A stretch of 64,000 nucleotides of DNA from Longimicrobiales bacterium (GCA_965219445.1 CBDCNQ010000004.1:288001-352000), one strand, 5' to 3'; positions 1 through 9,944 are shown, counted from the stretch's first letter. Translations and numbers: made by a program. The notes: a model not told the origin generated them from the letters alone.

Positions 1-2
1 CA

Positions 3-1382
3 CGCGACCCCGACTACACCCTCACCGTGCGCGAAGGCTTCCACGGCGAACCCACCGCTGTCCCACGCGATAGCTGGGAGTTCGGGCGGCTGGAGAACGG
101 CGAGGCCGTGTATGACCCGCACTCGCTTCTCGTGTGGACAGGGTTCAAGCCGGGGTACACCTACGAGCTAACGTACGAGACAAAGGACCCTCGCGTCATT
201 GGGGTCGGCTTCGCAGCCATCCGTGACGCGGCCTCGTACTTCAAATTCGACCCGAGCTCACCAATCCGCGGCGAGTACGCTTACACGTACGGCAGCTCGC
301 AGACGGGGCGCTACGAGCGGCAGCTGATATACGAAGGCTTTACGGTGGACGAGCAGGGGGAGCGCAAGGCGCTCGACGGGATCTTCGTCAACACGGGCGG
401 GGCGTCCCTCGGGCCCTTTAACAAACGGTTCGGGCAGCCCAACGATGGCGGGTTCCACACCCAGACCCGGTTCCCGATCCTCTACCAGTCGACGCGCGAT
501 CCGGTCACCGGTCGCGTGGACGGCCTAGGCGCACGGATCCCGGTGGGATTGGAGCCGAAGGTCATGCTCGTCGAAACCTCCTCGGAGTACTGGGATCGCG
601 GGCGCGTGGCGGCGCTCAACCACACCTCGATCGACGGCCGCGAGGACGTGCAGCCCGCTGAGAACGTGCGCTTTTACGTGATGGGCTCCTTCCCCCATGG
701 CGGCGGCGGCTTCCCACCGACCTTGACCTGGGACCAGCAACTGCCGGGGAACCCCATCGAGGTGCGCATCGCCAAGCGCGCCATCCTGTCTGGGCTGGAC
801 CGCTGGGTCCGCGAGGGCGTCGAGCCCGCGCCCAGCAGCCACCCGACCCTCGCTGCTGGCACTCTGGTGCCTCAGAGGGAGATCGAGTTCCCCGGGATTC
901 CGGGCATACAGTGGCCGTATGACGTGCCCGGCGCCTACCGCGGCGAGTGTCTCTCAGGGTATCGTGGACATCAAGCAGGCGCCCCCAACGCGGTTGCGGA
1001 CTGTGACCCCATGCCCTTCCTTGTTGCCAACGTGGACGCGGATGGCAACGAGACCAGTGGGATCCTCCCCCCGGACGTGACCGTTCCCCTGGCCACGTAC
1101 ACCGGGTGGGCGTTTCGCAGCCTACGTGCTGGGCTCCCCGAGCAGATCCGGATGATGAGGGGCTCCTACATTCCCTTCCCGCGTACCCGGGCGGAGCGCC
1201 AGCAGCTGGGCGACCCAAGGCTGTCCATCGAGGAGCGGTATTCCGGTAAGGCCGACTACCTCCGTCGGTTCGAGGCGGCGGCGCGCCACATGGTCGAGGA
1301 GAGGTACATGTTGGAGGAGGACCTCGACCGATCGCTCGCCCAGGCGGCCGCGCACTGGGACCTGCTGATGGGACCGAGCTAG
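3..1382 (+). CDS. Alpha/beta hydrolase-domain protein, 5'-partial
   Basis: Frame open from window edge; YGSSQTGR nucleophile-like motif and VDADGNE...TYTGW...SIEERY C-terminal pattern. Confidence 0.7.
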   Translation, partial: RDPDYTLTVREGFHGEPTAVPRDSWEFGRLENGEAVYDPHSLLVWTGFKPGYTYELTYETKDPRVIGVGFAAIRDAASYFKFDPSSPIRGEYAYTYGSSQTGRYERQLIYEGFTVDEQGERKALDGIFVNTGGASLGPFNKRFGQPNDGGFHTQTRFPILYQSTRDPVTGRVDGLGARIPVGLEPKVMLVETSSEYWDRGRVAALNHTSIDGREDVQPAENVRFYVMGSFPHGGGGFPPTLTWDQQLPGNPIEVRIAKRAILSGLDRWVREGVEPAPSSHPTLAAGTLVPQREIEFPGIPGIQWPYDVPGAYRGECLSGYRGHQAGAPNAVADCDPMPFLVANVDADGNETSGILPPDVTVPLATYTGWAFRSLRAGLPEQIRMMRGSYIPFPRTRAERQQLGDPRLSIEERYSGKADYLRRFEAAARHMVEERYMLEEDLDRSLAQAAAHWDLLMGPS

Positions 1383-1412
1383 ACGCCGACGAACCTCGAG
1401 CTCTGGACCGAG

Positions 1413-1601
1413 GTGCTCCCGCCGGACGCCTTTGCGATTCAACCGGGCGCTGGGGTTGACATCCGACTAACCGACCGATTGGCCGCGCGGGTGCAAGGCG
1501 ACTGGCGCAGAATCTCTTCCGGCGATGAAGCTCTGGGTACTGTGGACGGTAACCAGATTCGGATCGCGGCAGGCATCGTGGTCGGCTTCGGTAGCCGATA
1601 G
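1413..1601 (+). pseudogene. C-terminal fragment of an outer-membrane beta-barrel protein
   Basis: Alternating beta-strand pattern (QPGAGVDIRL...IRIAAGIVVGF); no signal peptide or N-terminus. Confidence 0.5.
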
Positions 1602-1728
1602 CTGGTCTCCCTGACGCGGCGTGAGTCTTTCACGGGCGACCTCTCGGGGTCGCCTTTGCCGTGTCCGGGGAAGGGCACGAGTCCGATGCCTACCGCGACA
1701 GTAGCAATCGCTTGACGGAAGTATATAC

Positions 1729-1757
1729 TTGACGTAACATGAAGGGATTATTATATT
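1729..1757 (+). promoter_or_regulatory. sigma70-like promoter of the IS1595 transposase
   Basis: TTGACG-17 bp-TATATT upstream of ATG 1795. Confidence 0.6.
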
Positions 1758-1794
1758 TATGATACGTTAAAGAGACCTTAGAGAGATTGAGAAA

Positions 1795-2726
1795 ATGGCG
1801 AAAGTTGGCAGCGACAAGACCCGGATGATTGCCGAGATCCCGATGGCATGTGCCGATGAGGATGTGGCGGTCGCCTTCCTTGAAGACTTACGATGGGGCG
1901 ACAACCCATGCTGCCCCCGTTGTGGTGATTGCGATGTTTACCAAATGCGGTCCCGTGGCGGCGGGCGTGAGAAGGGCTACCGCTGGCGGTGCCGGGGATG
2001 CAAGCAACAACACACGGTGAGGACGGGAACGGTCATGGAGGACAGTCGGATTCCGTTACGTGTGTGGTGTCATGCCTACTGGCGCGCGGCCAGCTCGAAG
2101 AAGGGCGTCTCGGCCCTACAGATCAAGCGCGAGACGGGCATTAGCTACAAGTCCGCGCTATTCCTGATGCACCGCATCCGCTGGGCGATGGCTGACAACG
2201 GATCTGGACTGCTTGACGGTCAAGTTGAAGCCGATGAAACCTACGTCGGCCCACGCGGTCGCCGGGGATCAAAGCCCGGACGCTCCACGGAACTCAAAAC
2301 GCCTGTATTCGCGGCGATACAGCGAGACGGTGAGGTTCGTGCCCGCGTCGGTCCCGAACGTGACCGGGGCGACCCTCAAGGCTGCGCTTGCGCGAGACGG
2401 TGTTACCGTTAGCGACGATCTACACCGATGAGTTCGGCGCGTACAGTGGACTCGACAAGGAATTCGCTGGGCACGAGACGGTGAGCCACAAGCGGAAAGA
2501 GTATGTGCGCGGTGACGCGACGACGAACACCGCCGAGTCCTTCTTCGCGATCCTCAAACGCGGCGTGATCGGCACGTTCCACAGCGTCAGCAAGAAGCAT
2601 CTACACCGTTACGTGAGCGAATTCGAATTCAGGTGGAATACCCGTGGGATGGACGACGGCGCAAGGATGCGGAGTCTGGTCCAGGCCGGGGACGGAAAGC
2701 GCCTTTTGTACCGCTGGCTAGGGTAA
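1795..2726 (+). pseudogene. IS1595-family (ISXO2-like) transposase, two apparent frameshifts near 2350 and 2400
   Basis: CPRCG/CRGC zinc ribbon, VEADETY, IYTDE, TNTAESFF, KHLHRY...FRWN motifs spread over three frames. Confidence 0.9.
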
Positions 2727-2847
2727 CAACAACGGAGAAGCGAATGTTAACATCACCAGCAAACGCCGCCTCCAGACCGCAAACATTGGCCTTGTGTGCC
2801 GCGAATGCGTCTTGCGCTAGGTGCAAACATTCACCTTCGTGTAAGAA

Positions 2848-2931
2848 CGGGGCAGGTGGGATTCGAACCCACGAGGACGGAGTCCTGACCGTTTTTAAGG
2901 CGGTTGCGATAAGCCACTCTGCCACTGCCCG
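2848..2931 (-). tRNA. Class II tRNA(-like) gene, anticodon TAA (Leu) on a Ser-type body; may be a pseudo-tRNA
   Basis: Cloverleaf with T-arm GTGGG-TTCGAAT-CCCAC, D-loop AGTGG, loop CT-TAA-AA, variable stem AGGAC/GTCCT; mismatches C1:C72 and C31:A39; no CCA. Confidence 0.75.
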
Positions 2932-2935
2932 CAAG

Positions 2936-2981
2936 GCCCTCATGTCCGGCTTAGACCCGGATGTGAGGGCTGTTTTCGTTT
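2936..2981 (+). terminator. Intrinsic terminator-like hairpin
   Basis: GCCCTCATGTCCGG...CCGGATGTGAGGGC followed by TGTTTTCGTTT. Confidence 0.5.
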
Positions 2982-2982
2982 C

Positions 2983-3360
2983 CTATAGGATGAGTCCGTA
3001 CGAGACCCGCCCATTTTCCTTCTGCTTGTCGAAGATTCTGGCGTCCACGCCGTTCTTGAGCACCCATCGTACCGAGTTCCTATTCAGGGTCCTTCCGCCG
3101 ATGGTCGGCCCCAGTTCGACTATTCGCGATGCCCCGAGATACTGTGGGTGCACCGATCCAAGAATCCGTTTCACGGCGTTTTCGTTGGTGGGCTCGTCGT
3201 ACGCCTTAACGTTCGCAAAGTCTGGGTTGAAGGACAGCCTCGTGCCGTTGGGCTTATGGGTGTCCTCCTGGCTGCGCCGTCGGAGCACCTGCAAGGCCGC
3301 AGTGAGGGCCGTGATTTCTTCTTCAAGCGCCGTAATGGCGCTGTCATATGGAGTCGCCAC
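2983..3360 (-). CDS. IS passenger protein, 125 aa, N-terminal coiled coil plus possible winged-helix domain
   Basis: AGGAGG RBS before GTG at 3360; heptad stretch YDSAITALEEEITALTAALQVL. Confidence 0.6.
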   Translation of the reverse strand: MATPYDSAITALEEEITALTAALQVLRRRSQEDTHKPNGTRLSFNPDFANVKAYDEPTNENAVKRILGSVHPQYLGASRIVELGPTIGGRTLNRNSVRWVLKNGVDARIFDKQKENGRVSYGLIL

Positions 3361-3462
3361 ATGCACCTCCTGAACGTTGAATCTGACGTAAGTATCGCCA
3401 GGCGAATCCTTGTGGGCAATACCCTGAGCCACAACGGACACACCATCCACAAACTTTCGAGT

Positions 3463-3648
3463 GTGGCATCCGATGGTTCCGGTGTTTCTGACGATGATGA
3501 CGAGAGGCGTGGTCAACCCGGTCCTGAGCCGGATCGGCTCAAGATCGACGTGCCTTTTGCGGAAGGGTTGAGGCGGGCGCTGAAGAAGAAAAAGCCAAAG
3601 GAGGGCTGGCCGGAACCCGATGAACCACAACCAGATAACGGGTCGTGA
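3463..3648 (+). CDS. Small hypothetical IS passenger protein (GPEPDRLKID...KKKPKEGWP)
   Basis: Protein-like C-terminal part of ORF 3148..3648 ending just inside the right IR; start uncertain. Confidence 0.4.
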   Translation: MASDGSGVSDDDDERRGQPGPEPDRLKIDVPFAEGLRRALKKKKPKEGWPEPDEPQPDNGS

Positions 3649-4604
3649 GGCCCTATGACGCCGTTTGCACTAAGTACATACTTCGCTCGCTTGATAGGGT
3701 GCAGCCCCGGGCATCTCAGGTTAGCAGGAGACGTATTGCTCCACGCTTGAGCCGCACCTCAACGGGCAGTTTTCCAACCGGCTCTCCATCCAGTTGGAAG
3801 GGCACCTCGCCCTCTGAACGTAGCCTTATCCGGCTACCCAGAGTGTGCCTGACCCCACGGGCACGGTGAAGGCTCGAGGTGAGCATGCTCAGCCCCAGCC
3901 GAGCTAACCTCAGTTTCGAAATCACTGGAGCGGCCACGACATCGAGCTGGGCGTCGAAGGGATCCGCCGTTTCCGCGACAACGACTCCAAACGCGAGCTC
4001 GGCGACGTTTGGCAGGACTACGCTTGAGGCGACCCCAAACTCAGATCCATCGACCTCGAGTTCAATGTCCGGCCCCGGGTAGCGTCGCAGAGCGCCCAAG
4101 ACCTGAGGTGTGTTTCGCACCAAGCCCGCCATGCCCATGAGCCCGGTACGGGAAGCGTTCAGCGCGTCGATCACCACTGCGTCGAACCCAGCCCCGAACC
4201 AAAGAAGGAATGGACGTGCGCCACCGGAGTAGCTGACGACCCCGACATCCGCCGAGCGAACGGCTACATCGGATAGGGACCTGGCGACGAGACTGGGATC
4301 TGAGCCAAACCCAAACGCCCGGACCGCGGCGTTAGCAGTTCCGGAGGGCAAGAAGCCGAGATCAGGAAGCGCTTCTGCGGTCCGTCCCAATGCCATCAAG
4401 CCGCTGAGGACTTCATTCAGTGTCCCGTCCCCGCCCACAGCGATGATCCGCTCCACATCCGTGGCTCGCGCTGCCGCGATTTCAGAAGCGGAGCCTCGGT
4501 GCTGCGTCTCGACGACCTCTACCTGGCAATAGTCGGACAGGCCGCTTGCAAGAAGCCGCGCTCTGGAGTTGGCCCCGCACGGTGGACGGTTTTGGACTAG
4601 AGAT

Positions 4605-5453
4605 TCACGCGGCGGGGGCGTGTTCCTTTTCGTAGTTAAGAGGAGACAATTGGCCGAGGGCAGAGTGCCGTCGGTGGGGATTGTACCAGGCTTCGATGAA
4701 GTCGAACACGGCCATCCTGGCCTCGGCCTGATTGCGGAAGCTCTTTCGTTCGATGAGTTCGGTCTCGAGCGTGGCGAAGAAGCTCTCGCACATCGCGTTA
4801 TCGTACGCGTCGCCGACCGAGCCCATCGAGGGTCGGACGCTGGCCTCTTTGCAGCGTAGGCCGAAGGCGATCGAGGTGTACTGGGTACCCTGATCGCTAT
4901 GATGGATGACACCGTTCGGTCGTCGTTGCTGCAGCGCCATGTTCAGCGCGTCGAGCACGAGATCGGTCTTGAGATGCGTCTTCATCGACCATCCGACCAC
5001 ATGGCGGCTCCACGCATCGACGACGACTGACAGGTACAAGAAGCCGCTCCAGGTCGGCACGTAGGTGATGTCGGCAACCCAGAGCTGGTCCGGGCCGTGC
5101 ACACTGAAGTCGCGCGCGACGAGATCGGGGGCAGGTCGAGCATCTCTGTTTCGCTTCGTCGTGCGCCACTTCCTTCGCCGCGTAGCGCCTTGTAGTCCTG
5201 CCAGCCTCATCAGACGACGCACCCGCTTGTGGTTGACCTGCCAGCCGTCGTCCCTGAGCTCGGCGTACATCCGTGGCTGGCCATACGTCTCACGGCTGAA
5301 CGTGTGGATCTCACGCATCCGACCTAGCAGTCGCTCGTTCTCGACCGCGCGATGCGATGGAGGACGCTTTCTCCATGCGTAGTACCCGCTGGGCGAGACG
5401 CTCAGGACTTCGCACATCATCTGCACGCTGAACTCGGCCTGGTTGGCCCTCAC
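4605..5453 (-). CDS. IS3 transposase OrfB (rve/DDE)
   Basis: WVADITY, HHSDQG, DNAMCESFF motifs. Confidence 0.95.
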   Translation of the reverse strand: MRANQAEFSVQMMCEVLSVSPSGYYAWRKRPPSHRAVENERLLGRMREIHTFSRETYGQPRMYAELRDDGWQVNHKRVRRLMRLAGLQGATRRRKWRTTKRNRDARPAPDLVARDFSVHGPDQLWVADITYVPTWSGFLYLSVVVDAWSRHVVGWSMKTHLKTDLVLDALNMALQQRRPNGVIHHSDQGTQYTSIAFGLRCKEASVRPSMGSVGDAYDNAMCESFFATLETELIERKSFRNQAEARMAVFDFIEAWYNPHRRHSALGQLSPLNYEKEHAPAA

Positions 5454-5764
5454 GAACTCGAACGCTTCGGGGGCACCGAGTCGGACTCCTGAGCGAACCA
5501 GGCCGCGGCTTTTTTTAGGATCTCCCGCTCGACACGAAGCCGCTTGTTCTCACGCCGAAGCTCGCGGAGCTCCTCGCGCTCTGACGACGTCAGGCCGTCG
5601 CTTCTGACTCCCGTGTCGAGGTCCGTCTGCTTCACCCAATTGTGGATCGTCTGCGCTGTGGGCTCAAACTCCCGACTCAGCTCCTCAGGCGTGCGACCTG
5701 CTTTGACCAGCTCCACCATCTGCTGGCGGAACTCCAACGAATACGGCGGTCTCGTTCTTGGCAT
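5450..5764 (-). CDS. IS3 transposase OrfA
   Basis: HTH plus leucine zipper, EREILKKA. Confidence 0.95.
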   Translation of the reverse strand: MPRTRPPYSLEFRQQMVELVKAGRTPEELSREFEPTAQTIHNWVKQTDLDTGVRSDGLTSSEREELRELRRENKRLRVEREILKKAAAWFAQESDSVPPKRSSS

Positions 5765-5906
5765 CGTGGACTCCTCTCTCTAAAGAGAATAGGTGTCCAC
5801 CGTCAGGGGCTAACTCCACTCTGTGCCGGGCGCGACCGCTCCCTGAAGCCGGATTGACGATCACCAGATACGACGGCACAGGACTCCCAAGGTGGAGACT
5901 CTCACC

Positions 5907-6000
5907 GCACTCTAACGTTGTGCGATTCTACTGCGCGTCAATCTGCCGACCGCAAGCGAAGCGCGCGACCCTGACGTCTACCGCGACTGCAGCAATCGAT
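5907..6000 (-). repeat. attC-like integron recombination site (best-preserved copy)
   Basis: On + strand: GCACTCTAAC, arm CGATTCTACTGCGCG pairing with CGCGACTGCAGCAATCG with two extrahelical bases; far core box degraded. Confidence 0.7.
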
Positions 6001-6388
6001 CTACCTCGCTCTGCCCTGAATTCCCCAATTACACGCCAAATCCGCGTAGCACCGACTGAATGACCGCTGCCGGAAGTGTCATGAGTGCTACCGCACAGCC
6101 TCTAGCTGGACCTTCTTGCTGACTATCACGAATGAGGATGGGATTGCCACGCATGAAGTCTTCGATATCGATGGTAGGGCTGTGAATAACTTCGATGCCT
6201 CGCCGAAGCTGATCGTCCATGGACCGGAGTCTCAAGAAAGTGCACTAAGAGAGGATGCTCGCACACTATCCGCGACAACTCAGGAGGGCAAGCCGCCGCT
6301 ATGAAACGATTGTCTGTTCGACCCAGGAAGCGTCTAGGCTATCGCACTCCCGAGGAATGCTATGTCCAGAACTAGCCCGTGTTGCACT

Positions 6389-6850
6389 TCAAAGTTGATC
6401 CTGAGCAGCGCTCGATCGCATATCCGAGACCCGAGCATTTAGGTCCGCACCGAACTCGCGGAATCGTGCCATCGCCAGACGTAGTAGCGGCCAAAGCACT
6501 GGTACCAGGAGGCCGGTGGCCACCCATCGCTGGCGCAACGAGAGCCCGGAGGTCCCGCCACCAACGAGCGTGAAATAATGCACCAGGTGGACGAGCAAGT
6601 GATGGCCCAGAGAGGCTTCGAAAGCAAGCTCCCGGGACGGGTCAACCGAAACCACGGTTGGACGGAATGGACGCAGGCGTTGCCCGGGGCCGCGAATGCG
6701 GAACAGGACGCGTGCTCCCGGCACGGTGGCGCCGCTGGCGAATGGTACCAGATGGCTCCACTGTGGATAAGCGTCGCAATCTGTGAGCACCGCCCACGCC
6801 ACGTCACGTGTGCCGTCGATTGGTGTAAAGAACTCGAATTCTCGTGACAT
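6389..6850 (-). CDS. SRPBCC/START-like domain protein, probable gene cassette
   Basis: AWAVLTD..YPQW motif; ATG directly follows the GTTAGACGGC core site at 6858-6867. Confidence 0.8.
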   Translation of the reverse strand: MSREFEFFTPIDGTRDVAWAVLTDCDAYPQWSHLVPFASGATVPGARVLFRIRGPGQRLRPFRPTVVSVDPSRELAFEASLGHHLLVHLVHYFTLVGGGTSGLSLRQRWVATGLLVPVLWPLLRLAMARFREFGADLNARVSDMRSSAAQDQL

Positions 6851-7059
6851 GCTTAGCGCCGTCTAACGATTAAGGATTGTTTCCATACTCTACGCGCGGA
6901 AGCTCCTGCTCGGGCTACGATGCCCATGAGCAGCTTGAGATGCAACCTCAGCCCCTGTGACGCCCAGGTATGAACTGCGGGTTTCTAACCAGCTCATGAG
7001 GCAACTCCTATGACTCGGCAGTCCCGGCGCCCGCTGTCCCGCCGCGGTGTCGGGGGGAG

Positions 7060-7659
7060 GTGTCGAAAGGTTTGCGCGTGAACCCGTCAGCGTTTCGCGC
7101 GCTTGACCTTCGCGCGCATCAGCTCCTGTCCGACGCGCCGCTCCACGACGTGTGGTGCTTCCGGCTACGCGGCGGTGGTCCGGGCATCACCGTGCGCGAC
7201 GTGATCGACCTCTTCGTCGACCTTGATGGCTCGAGGGTCGACCCAGCGGCCCGTGTCCTGTTTGCTTTGCGCGCGATGATGGGGCGGGTATTCGGCTGGG
7301 ATCGTGAGGTCCCGACCGCATCCGCCCGTTCCTACGTCAATCGGCTATCCGCGGAGGACCGTGCGCGATCACTCGACGCGCCCGGCTCGAAACGCGGCTT
7401 CTGGACCACCGTGTATACGTTCGACCGCGAGGCGTTGGGTGAGGTCATCAACCACACAGTGCATGCGTTTCTGCTCTTCGCCCTAGAACCGGCTCCCAGC
7501 GGGTACACCTTGTACTGGGGGATTTATGTCAAGCCGGTAAGTCGATTCACTGCGTTCTACATGGGGCTGATCGACCCCTTTCGGCGGCACCTGATCTATC
7601 CTCGGCTCATTCACCGATTTGAGGAGGTCTGGTCCAGAAGGTGGGAGGGCACAGCATAA
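7060..7659 (+). CDS. DUF2867-like protein
   Basis: LFALR..GRVFGWD, NHTVH, YMGLIDPFR..IYP pattern; GGAGG RBS. Confidence 0.7.
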   Translation: MSKGLRVNPSAFRALDLRAHQLLSDAPLHDVWCFRLRGGGPGITVRDVIDLFVDLDGSRVDPAARVLFALRAMMGRVFGWDREVPTASARSYVNRLSAEDRARSLDAPGSKRGFWTTVYTFDREALGEVINHTVHAFLLFALEPAPSGYTLYWGIYVKPVSRFTAFYMGLIDPFRRHLIYPRLIHRFEEVWSRRWEGTA

Positions 7660-8076
7660 GGAGACCGTGACGACCGCCGTCGCGCCGCATGACGACGGGG
7701 CGGTGCACAGGAGGAGGACTCGTGAAAGCATTCTATCTAGTAGCGGCCCATCGGGTGGAGGTGGCGGCGCTCGAGAGCTCTTGCGCTCCCGTTGGCGAGC
7801 ACCCGCCGTTCTGCACGGCCTTCGATCTCATAGCTGGGCATTCATTCTCTTCAAGCACGTGGGAGGAGTGAGGGTCTTTCACCGCTCTGACGTTGTGGAA
7901 TACCGTCTTGAGCACCACCGCGAGGAATTGGGCGAGAGACTCACGACGCTGGAGAAGATGACGAACTGACTCTTTTTTTGGCCCGGTCTGTCACCGCCAT
8001 TGTCACCACGGGCCAATCTGGCACCACATGACAGAAGCCCCACAGGGCCGTTAAGCCTTGCGGGGCTTGCTTTTAC

Positions 8077-8108
8077 CGCAGTGGAGCCAGCCGGGATCGA
8101 ACCGGCGA
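8077..8108 (-). repeat. att-site duplicate of the tRNA-Ala 3' end
   Basis: 32 bp identical to 9867-9898. Confidence 0.9.
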
Positions 8109-8245
8109 AGCGGGATCGTACGAGGACAGCTCGATGTTCACGAGTCCACTCGTCCCCAAGAGCGACTCCTTGCCCGGTTAACCCCGGACGCGTACGGTAG
8201 CGGTGACCAGAGGTAGCCCCTTTCCGAGTTCGCCGAGGTGACCCC

Positions 8246-9316
8246 ATGTCGGTTCGCAAGCCAATTGTGTCCATAGCCGCGCTTCTCGTTGTGTCCTCGT
8301 TGTTGGCACCGCAGCACACAGCTGCGCAGAACTCCTCGAACCCATATTCGATCATCGAAGGGTGGGCAAAGCTTCCGAGCGGAAGGGAGATGGGAGCAGT
8401 CGGCAAGGCGACGGTCGACCCCGACGGACGCCATATCTGGGCCGTCATCCGCTGCGATGCCGGGCCTGAGCGGTTCGGAACAGAGTGCCTTGATTCAGAC
8501 CTGCCTCCCGTCTCGAAGTTCGACCCCGACGGGAACCTGGTCGAGGCCTTCGGCAGCGGAATGTTCATCTGGCCGCATGGAATTGACGTTGACTCCGATG
8601 GCAACGTCTGGGTGACTGACGCCGTGAGTGAAAACAACATTCCCGCGGGCGACAATCGGGGCCATCAGGTCATCAAGTTCAGTCCGACGGGCGAAGTGCT
8701 CATGACACTTGGCACGCCCGGAGAAGAGGGGGGCGGTCCGAACCACTTCACCTCTCCCAGCGATGTGGCGGTCGCGCCCAACGGCGACGTGTTCATCGCG
8801 GACGGCCACAACGAGAGCGGTAACAACCGCGTGATGAAGTACAACAGCCGCGGCGAGTTCCTCATGTCTTGGGGAGAGACCGGGTACGCCCCAGGGCAGT
8901 TCCGTGCCCTACACGCCATCGACATCGACATGGACGGCCGGGTCTTCGTGGGAGATCGAGGCAACAGCCGAATCCAGATTTTCGACCAACAGGGCAATCA
9001 TGCCGCCACTTGGACCCAATTCGGGCGCCCAAGCGGAATTGCCTTTGACGACCAGGGGCGGATTTACGTGGCGGACTCCGAGTCAGACAATGTGCAGAAC
9101 CCGGGGTTTGAGATGGGGATTCGCATTGGCGAAGTCGAAACGGGCTGGGTGACGGAGTTCATTCGGTTCCCCTGGGCGAATCCTCACATTCGCCCAGGGA
9201 ACGGAGCAGAGTTCGTTGCGGTGGATCGGGAGGGTAACATCTACGGAGGAGAGCCCGTCCCTTTACCTCATCTTAATCACCGAACGCTCAAGAAGTACGA
9301 GCGAGTGCGGCCCTAA
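8246..9316 (+). CDS. Secreted NHL-repeat protein (peptidyl-alpha-hydroxyglycine amidating lyase-like)
   Basis: Signal peptide; repeated PHGIDVD / PSDVAV / HAIDID...DRGNSRIQIFD NHL units. Confidence 0.85.
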   Translation: MSVRKPIVSIAALLVVSSLLAPQHTAAQNSSNPYSIIEGWAKLPSGREMGAVGKATVDPDGRHIWAVIRCDAGPERFGTECLDSDLPPVSKFDPDGNLVEAFGSGMFIWPHGIDVDSDGNVWVTDAVSENNIPAGDNRGHQVIKFSPTGEVLMTLGTPGEEGGGPNHFTSPSDVAVAPNGDVFIADGHNESGNNRVMKYNSRGEFLMSWGETGYAPGQFRALHAIDIDMDGRVFVGDRGNSRIQIFDQQGNHAATWTQFGRPSGIAFDDQGRIYVADSESDNVQNPGFEMGIRIGEVETGWVTEFIRFPWANPHIRPGNGAEFVAVDREGNIYGGEPVPLPHLNHRTLKKYERVRP

Positions 9317-9871
9317 GCGATGGTCCGCCCCCAGCTTCAGAGCCGAGATCGACCGCATCGTGGAAGAGTGTTCCAATTGGATACGTTGAACTACGTGTAG
9401 ATAAGTGCTGATTACGTAGGGATAACGGCCGGCTCTACTCCATCACCACCCGCCGCACAGTTTCCCTCCAGAGCGGCATCGCCTGCCTTCGGGAGGGACG
9501 GCCCCCCCCATCTCATGGGACCCACGACGGAAGGACCCGCTGGACGGTGACCCTACCGGCCTCCCAGCAATCAAGTAGCCTGGGCCAGGAGCCCAGACAT
9601 GAAAAAAAGCGGGGCGGACGTTAACGTCGTCCTTTGCTAGGTTGTTGAACTGAGTGCTTGATGCCGGACACAAAGAAAGGGGCCGCTCCTGTTGCTAGCG
9701 CCTTAGGACGCCTTAGAAGAGAAGAGAAGAAACTACGGACGGCAAACCGTATGATTGCTGACCTTTTTTTCGCCTGGTTTTGGCACTGTTCCCGGCACTG
9801 TTCGGGTTTTCGCGCCAGAAAAGAGAAAGTCCTTACAGCCGTAAGTGACTGCTGGTACTTCTCTTACGCAG

Positions 9872-9944
9872 TGGAGCCAGCCGGGATCGAACCGGCGACC
9901 TCTGGCTTGCAAAGCCAGCGCTCTCCCAACTGAGCTATGGCCCC
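9872..9944 (-). tRNA. tRNA-Ala(TGC)
   Basis: Canonical cloverleaf GGGGCCATAGCTCAG...TTTGCAA...TTCGATCCCGGCTGGCTCCA with G3:U70. Confidence 0.97.

Larger units (their letters stand above)
1716..3686 (+). mobile_element. IS1595-family element with passenger genes
   Basis: Imperfect terminal IRs CGGAAGTATATACTTG / revcomp GCGAAGTATGTACTTA; 8-bp direct repeat TCGCTTGA at 1708-1715 and 3687-3694; internal transposase. Confidence 0.9.
4564..5818 (-). mobile_element. IS3-family insertion sequence (1255 bp)
   Basis: TG...CA ends, IRs TGGAGTTGGCCCC / GGGGCTAACTCCA, 3-bp duplication CTC (4561-4563, 5819-5821), A7G slippery site near 5510-5516. Confidence 0.95.
3716..5879 (-). pseudogene. Diacylglycerol/lipid kinase family gene split by IS3
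   Basis: NPASG before the IS; GGDGT, PSGTAN, QLDGE after it; removing the IS plus one CTC restores the frame (RARHR-ARLL). Confidence 0.9.

Noticed and set aside
2848..2931. 8/4 or 9/3 allo-tRNA or tRNA-Sec
   Set aside because: T-stem is a normal 5 bp and the anticodon is not TCA
3716..4912. 398-aa ORF as a novel fusion protein
   Set aside because: Artefact of IS3 sequence reading into the kinase 3' part
6029..6390. Short ORFs and AT-richer segment
   Set aside because: No recognisable motif; cannot support a call
7689..7969. Possible frameshifted gene remnant
   Set aside because: RBS-like site present but no identifiable family
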